Assembly (NCBI GenBank): GCA_046754105.1
Contig: JBHHVD010000053.1
Coordinates: forward strand, 1 to 21,636
Source of the DNA: Candidatus Krumholzibacteriia bacterium
GTDB taxonomy: Bacteria > Krumholzibacteriota > Krumholzibacteriia > WVZY01
Direction of reading: 5' to 3'
DNA: 21,636 nucleotides
Shown here piece by piece: positions 17,842-21,636 of this stretch. The notes under the pieces were generated by a model. It saw only the letters and a list, made by a program, of their open reading frames with translations. It did not search any database and was not told the DNA's origin. The position numbers and the translations under genes are program-made. The number at the start of each line of letters is the position of its first letter. Within the stretch, counting starts at the first letter, position 1.

Positions 17842-17866
17842 TACAACCATCGCCGTAACGGCGAAA

Positions 17867-17908
17867 CGAAAGCAGGCCGCCCCGAGCAATCGGGGTGGCC
17901 TTTCGCTT
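17867..17908 (+). terminator. Terminator-like hairpin after csp
   Basis: 12-bp stem AGGCCGCCCCGA (17874-17885) / TCGGGGTGGCCT (17890-17901) with a GCAA tetraloop, followed by an interrupted U-tract (TTCGCTT). A smaller hairpin TCGCCG-TAA-CGGCGA precedes it. Confidence 0.65.
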
Positions 17909-17935
17909 GCAGATGGGCGGTGAATCCGTTATAAC
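17907..17935 (+). promoter_or_regulatory. Sigma70-type promoter candidate for infA
   Basis: TTGCAG (17907-17912), 17-nt spacer, TATAAC (17930-17935). Confidence 0.45.
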
Positions 17936-17955
17936 CACAGTGGAAGGCGGTGCAG

Positions 17956-18177
17956 ATGGCCAAAGAAGAAGCCCTGGAGTACGAAGGAACGGTTACGGAG
18001 GTGCTCCGCAACTCGAATTTTCGCGTCCGTCTGAACAACGGCCACATCGTTCTGGCGACGATCGCCGGTAAGATGCGGCGCTTCCGGATTCGAGTACTCA
18101 AAGGCGACCGTGTCACCATAGAGGTATCACCGTACGACCTGAGCCGGGGACGCATTACGTTTCGGCACAAGAATTAG
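17956..18177 (+). CDS. infA: Translation initiation factor IF-1
   Basis: [36 protein letters not shown]...[30 protein letters not shown] at 17942-17947 favours ATG 17956. Confidence 0.96.
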   Translation: MAKEEALEYEGTVTEVLRNSNFRVRLNNGHIVLATIAGKMRRFRIRVLKGDRVTIEVSPYDLSRGRITFRHKN

Positions 18178-18218
18178 TTGAGGTCCCCACGGGGCGGCTC
18201 GAACGCTATATCCCCACC

Positions 18219-18638
18219 ATGCCCGTAAAAACGTTCGATCTCGAGATAGAATCCAAGGGCTATTGCCATCTCGAAGACATTACCTCGCGCGTGCAGGAGT
18301 GCCTTGACCGGTCCGGCCTGGCGGATGGTATCGCCTGCGTTGCGGTGACCGGCTCAACCGCGGCGATCAGCACGGTTGAATACGAGCCCGGGCTGCTCGA
18401 TGACATTCCGGAGTTTTTCGAAGCGCTTTTCCCATCCAATCGCGCCTACCACCACGACAACACGTGGCACGACGGGAACGGGTTCGCGCACATGCGTTCG
18501 TTTCTGCTCAAGACCTCGCACACGATCCCGTTCGCGGGGAGCAAGCTGATGCTCGGTACCTGGCAGCAGGTCGTCCTCGCAGATTTCGATAACCGCCCGC
18601 GCCGGCGGCGCGTGGTCGTACAGCTCGTGGGCGAGTGA
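18219..18638 (+). CDS. yjbQ: UPF0047/YjbQ family protein (secondary thiamine-phosphate synthase-like)
   Basis: DIT..V, GSTAAISTVEYEPGL, YHHD...DGNGFAHMRS and LGTWQQVVLADFD.RPRRR.VVVQ..GE. Confidence 0.92.
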   Translation: MPVKTFDLEIESKGYCHLEDITSRVQECLDRSGLADGIACVAVTGSTAAISTVEYEPGLLDDIPEFFEALFPSNRAYHHDNTWHDGNGFAHMRSFLLKTSHTIPFAGSKLMLGTWQQVVLADFDNRPRRRRVVVQLVGE

Positions 18639-18808
18639 GATGGCGCGGGCGCGGCCCGGCGTCCGCCGTGTGGCAGCCCGAGGGCGGCTTCGCGAACACC
18701 CGGTGGAGCGTGCCGGCCGACCCGGGGCGGAACCGATGGCAAGATAGCATTTTGGGTAGCCTTGTAACCTATTGCCAGGTAATGATGTAAGAAATCGTGT
18801 GTCGAAAT

Positions 18809-18836
18809 GGAACCCTGTGGGAATGGCCAACGTATA
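18809..18836 (+). promoter_or_regulatory. ECF-sigma-type promoter candidate
   Basis: GGAAC (18809-18813), 17-nt spacer, CGTATA (18831-18836), about 30 nt upstream of ATG 18864 in an AT-rich intergenic patch. Confidence 0.5.
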
Positions 18837-18863
18837 TATATCAAACCCCATGGGAGACCGACG

Positions 18864-19175
18864 ATGCACCTTCAGAAAACCCTGATTCTGATCCTGTTCC
18901 TCGTGGCCGCCAGCGCGGGGCTGGCCCGCGCCGCCGACTGCGACGTGAACGTAATGGCCATCCGGCTGGTGGCCGACGCGACGGCGGAGTTGCAGATTCC
19001 AGAATTCGTGGCGGCGGTAACCGAGAACGGCGGCATTCGCCTCGCGCGCGACGTCGTTACGGTCGAAGTAGCCGCCGAGGAGTGCCCCAGCGCCCACGTC
19101 CTGGTGACGATCGTGAAGGCCCTGGGCAAGGGTGCCCTAAAAGGCGCCGCCACGTTGATCCGGCGCGTCCTCTAA
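18864..19175 (+). CDS. Small hypothetical secreted protein (103 aa)
   Basis: GGGAG RBS and ATG 18864. Signal peptide MHLQKTLILILFLVAASAGLARA (AxA site), GC3-rich codons, two Cys and a basic amphipathic C-terminal helix. No family recognised. Confidence 0.7.
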   Translation: MHLQKTLILILFLVAASAGLARAADCDVNVMAIRLVADATAELQIPEFVAAVTENGGIRLARDVVTVEVAAEECPSAHVLVTIVKALGKGALKGAATLIRRVL

Positions 19176-19293
19176 CGCCGGCGCCCGGCCTCTTTCATAA
19201 GGCTGTATCCCCCCGGGACGTAGCGTCCGGCTTCTGCTGTATCCCCGATGCACGCGTTTTCCCGCTATCAGCGCTGCACACCGCCCCCAGACG

Positions 19294-19302
19294 TGGTACA
19301 AT
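19294..19302 (+). promoter_or_regulatory. Extended -10 promoter candidate for the beta-propeller gene
   Basis: TG-G-TACAAT at 19294-19302, with a weak -35 (CTGCAC 19274-19279, 17-nt spacer). Confidence 0.4.
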
Positions 19303-19411
19303 TAGTAAATGCCGGCCCGATCCCACGGCGTACCGGCCGCTAGCGTAGGTGCGGCCGCCGCACGCTGGCAACTATCCAAATGGGGCCGGCGCTCCCCCGG
19401 AGCGTGTCGAG

Positions 19412-20413
19412 ATGCCCTTCCGTAAGACATTCAGCCTGGCAGCGTTCCTGGGACTGCTGTGGGGCCTTTCTGCCGCTGACGCCCAGGGCCCGACCGGGAT
19501 GGTGCGGCACGCTCTTCCAGCAACGGTCGGCGCGGCGCTGTTGTGGCAACCACTCGACGCGGGTACCAGAGAGCGGCTGATCGCGGTCGGTGGCGTGGCC
19601 GACACCGTGTACGTCGTCGGAGCGGGGGGAGCGGTTTTCCGCAGGCGCGGTATGGTGTGGGAGCCGATGAACAGCGGCAGCCAGGACGATCTCGAGGGCG
19701 TGTGGGTGTTTTCGAAGTCGAGCGTGTTCGCCGTGGGATCGGTCGGGGACATCGTGTATTTCAACGGCACGACGTGGAGGCACATGGACAGCGGCACGGG
19801 TGAGTTTCTTCGCGGTGTGTGGGGAGTGTCGGGAAGCAGCGTGTACGTGGCCGGTACTCGTGGGACGTTGATCCACTTTGACGGCAACAGCTGGAACCCT
19901 CAGGACCCGGGGACCGGGCGGCGGCTTTTCGCCGTCTGGGGTGCGGCGGCAGACGATATCTTCGTGGTGGGCGATCGCGGCACCGTGGTTCACTCCGACG
20001 GCGCTGGCTGGAGTGCCATGGATATTGGCACATCCGCTGCGGTGCGGGGCGTGTGGGGAGCGGGGGCGAACGACGTGTTTGCGGTTGGGTCGGGCGGACT
20101 CATCGTGCATTATAACGGCCTGGAGTGGGCGCCGATGATGAGCGGAACCAGCGAGCACCTGCTGCGTGTGTGGGGAAGCGCAGCGGACGACGTTTTCGCC
20201 GTGGGGACGCAGGGGACGATATTGCGGTACGACGGTTCGGCATGGGGTGTGATGGAGAGCGGCACGGCGAACAGCCTGCAGGGCGTATGGGGAAGTGGGG
20301 CCGATAACGTATTCGCCGTGGGAACGAACGGTACCGTGCTTCACTTCACCGGGGCGGTGGTCCCGGTCGGGGAGAGCACGTGGGGTCGCCTGAAGAGACT
20401 CTACTCGAACTGA
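19412..20413 (+). CDS. Secreted 7-repeat beta-propeller-like protein with C-terminal TWGxxKxLY tail
   Basis: GGAG at 19399-19402, ATG 19412 and a signal ending AADA-Q. Seven 38-39 aa repeats WxxMxSGTxxxLxGVWGxxxxDVFAVGxxGTIxHYDGxx. Ends VPVGESTWGRLKRLYSN. Confidence 0.88.
   Translation: MPFRKTFSLAAFLGLLWGLSAADAQGPTGMVRHALPATVGAALLWQPLDAGTRERLIAVGGVADTVYVVGAGGAVFRRRGMVWEPMNSGSQDDLEGVWVFSKSSVFAVGSVGDIVYFNGTTWRHMDSGTGEFLRGVWGVSGSSVYVAGTRGTLIHFDGNSWNPQDPGTGRRLFAVWGAAADDIFVVGDRGTVVHSDGAGWSAMDIGTSAAVRGVWGAGANDVFAVGSGGLIVHYNGLEWAPMMSGTSEHLLRVWGSAADDVFAVGTQGTILRYDGSAWGVMESGTANSLQGVWGSGADNVFAVGTNGTVLHFTGAVVPVGESTWGRLKRLYSN
19544..20359 (+). repeat. Seven degenerate intragenic tandem repeats (about 117 bp, 39 aa each)
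   Basis: Units start WQPL, WEPM, WRHM, WNPQ, WSAM, WAPM and WGVM. The first is 38 aa and the other six are 39 aa. Confidence 0.9.
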
Positions 20414-20427
20414 ACCCGGAGGGGGAA

Positions 20428-20664
20428 ATGAAACGATTGTTGGGTTTTTGCATCCTGGCGCTACTTGCATCCTGTTCGCGACCTATTACCTCCGGCACCG
20501 TTATACGCAAGGGCATCGACTACCAGGGGCATTACATCGATATCGAACAATGGAGCGGGCGCGGACTCGACACGTTGAGAAACCGTTTATACATCCCGAA
20601 GGCCAGGACTGACTCGCTGCGGGTAGGCGAGTGGTATGACCACGCCCGCCATCGGGAGGGCTGA
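20428..20664 (+). CDS. Small hypothetical lipoprotein (78 aa)
   Basis: GGAGGGGG RBS then ATG 20428. MKRLLGFCILALLAS-C gives lipobox LASC. It starts 14 nt after the beta-propeller stop. Confidence 0.75.
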   Translation: MKRLLGFCILALLASCSRPITSGTVIRKGIDYQGHYIDIEQWSGRGLDTLRNRLYIPKARTDSLRVGEWYDHARHREG

Positions 20665-20723
20665 GGTTTCTCGCGACGTGTACCAGTCGATCTCCAGTAA
20701 GAATAACGCGTTCGCGAGGGCGA

Positions 20724-20972
20724 CTAGCGATCCATTTGGCTATAGCATCCCCAGCAGAGGATTTCACAATTGGAAAGTGTTTCATCGCCGCCCGCATCCA
20801 CGGGTACCCGGTGCCGGGCTCCCCATCCGTCACCCTCCCGGTGTCCCTGATTGTCCCACATCAGCAGTTCGTCGCAGGGAGAAAAACCATGTTCGTGCGT
20901 GCGCACGCGGCATTCGCACTTTCCGCCGGCCCTCTCCCACGCTCGGTGAAGCACGTCATCCGAAAAAGCCAC
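20724..20972 (-). CDS. Small HNH-endonuclease-like zinc-binding protein, probably degenerate
   Basis: GTG start with AGGA upstream. MAFS....RAWERAGGKCEC...H.H...C...L.W.N.G...W.ARHRVP...GGDETLSNCEILCWGCY matches the HNH beta-beta-alpha layout. Confidence 0.72.
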   Translation of the reverse strand: MAFSDDVLHRAWERAGGKCECRVRTHEHGFSPCDELLMWDNQGHREGDGWGARHRVPVDAGGDETLSNCEILCWGCYSQMDR

Positions 20973-21108
20973 GATTCCTGCCCCTGGACCGAGTTTGAAA
21001 TCTCCCGCCGGGTTTGAAACAGGCTGTTTCCCTTGTTACGCCATTCCGTAGTTCTCTGTCAAGAACGGATTGCTCTCATGGAAAAAGACGCCGTACCGGG
21101 AATCGAGG

Positions 21109-21636
21109 CTACGTCGGCCCCTCCATTACGAAGTCGATCTTTTCGCAGGCTTCCCTCAGCGACGCCTCTACGGCGGCGGGCGTTTCGGCTCTCGCGAAAA
21201 TAAAACCTGCGTACAAGAATCCCTCGGGCAGGGGAGATAACGTCTGGCCGGGGCGGGCCGAAAGGATAATGTCCGTGACGTTGGCCACCGTACGGGCCTG
21301 CTCAAGGCCCCGTGCCTCGACAAGGACACCGGCACGCGGCGCCTGGAGCATCATCACACCGGCGGACGCCTCTTCACGCTCCGACAGCGCGATCCCGGGA
21401 TCCAGTGCGTGCCGGAGGATAACGTCTTCCAGCGACAGGCCTCCGTCGAAGCGAAGCACCCTGGAACAGTAGCCGCCGATGGACCTCGCGGCGACCTCGA
21501 TGAACCACAGGTCATCCTCCGTGCCCCGGATCTCCGCGTGCACCGGTCCGTGCCGCAGCCCGAGTGCCCGCGTGGCTTCCTGGGTGAGGTTGAAGAGCTG
21601 CGCCCCGATCAGAATCACGAACACCATGCAGCTGAT
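21109..21636 (-). CDS. C-terminal part of an ATP-grasp ligase (L-amino-acid-ligase/biotin-carboxylase-like); the first ~17 visible codons look foreign
   Basis: ALGLRHGPVHAEIR...WFIEVAARSIGGYCS (ATP-grasp H-x-E and E-x-x-x-R region) and a C-domain GVMML.APRAG.L...G...PLPEG..YAGFIFA. The frame is open to the window edge. Confidence 0.82.
   Translation of the reverse strand: MSCMVFVILIGAQLFNLTQEATRALGLRHGPVHAEIRGTEDDLWFIEVAARSIGGYCSRVLRFDGGLSLEDVILRHALDPGIALSEREEASAGVMMLQAPRAGVLVEARGLEQARTVANVTDIILSARPGQTLSPLPEGFLYAGFIFARAETPAAVEASLREACEKIDFVMEGPT

Noticed and set aside
19544..20359. CRISPR array or other non-coding repeat
   Set aside because: The repeats are degenerate, in frame and conserved at protein level. 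There are no identical repeats with unique spacers and no cas genes.
273..20470. Long antisense and alternate-frame ORFs (e.g. 273..1442, 3262..4605, 5163..6626, 7895..9070, 9974..11125, 10888..12180, 13014..14231, 15065..16627, 19340..20470)
   Set aside because: These are shadow ORFs expected in high-GC coding DNA. Each overlaps a gene with clear family motifs and shows none of its own.
20414..21108. Prophage or mobile island around the HNH gene
   Set aside because: There is no integrase, transposase, terminase, tRNA or att-like repeat. A modest drop in GC alone is not enough.

Overview
GC-rich bacterial chromosomal segment with about 19 supportable CDSs, mostly on the + strand. I found no rRNA, tRNA, CRISPR array or mobile element. 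Gene order: a 5'-truncated amidase; a tight cluster of FprA-type ferredoxin-NADP reductase, YfcC-family transporter, lipoprotein M1 aminopeptidase and secreted PqqB-like MBL hydrolase; a minus-strand acyl-CoA synthetase resembling plant AAE17/AAE18/CsAAE1; a secreted QExxH metallopeptidase-like protein; a ZIP transporter; a tandem NTF2/SnoaL fusion; ppiC; a secreted heparinase II/III-like lyase; a cold-shock protein; a stand-alone infA; yjbQ; a small secreted protein; a 7-repeat beta-propeller; a small lipoprotein; a degenerate mini-HNH; and the C-terminal part of an ATP-grasp protein joined to what looks like TRAP DctM sequence at the window edge. Secreted proteins carry two kinds of C-terminal tag: a FlgD-Ig/T9SS-like domain on two proteins and a short 'TWGxxKxLY' tail on one. 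This suggests an FCB-affiliated candidate phylum such as Krumholzibacteriota, Latescibacterota or Eisenbacteria (inference). The best leads are the C-terminal sorting tags, a promoter-structured RNA-terminator unit in the csp leader, the plant-like acyl-activating enzyme, and altered active-site motifs in three enzymes. All family assignments come from motif recognition by eye; no database searches were run.
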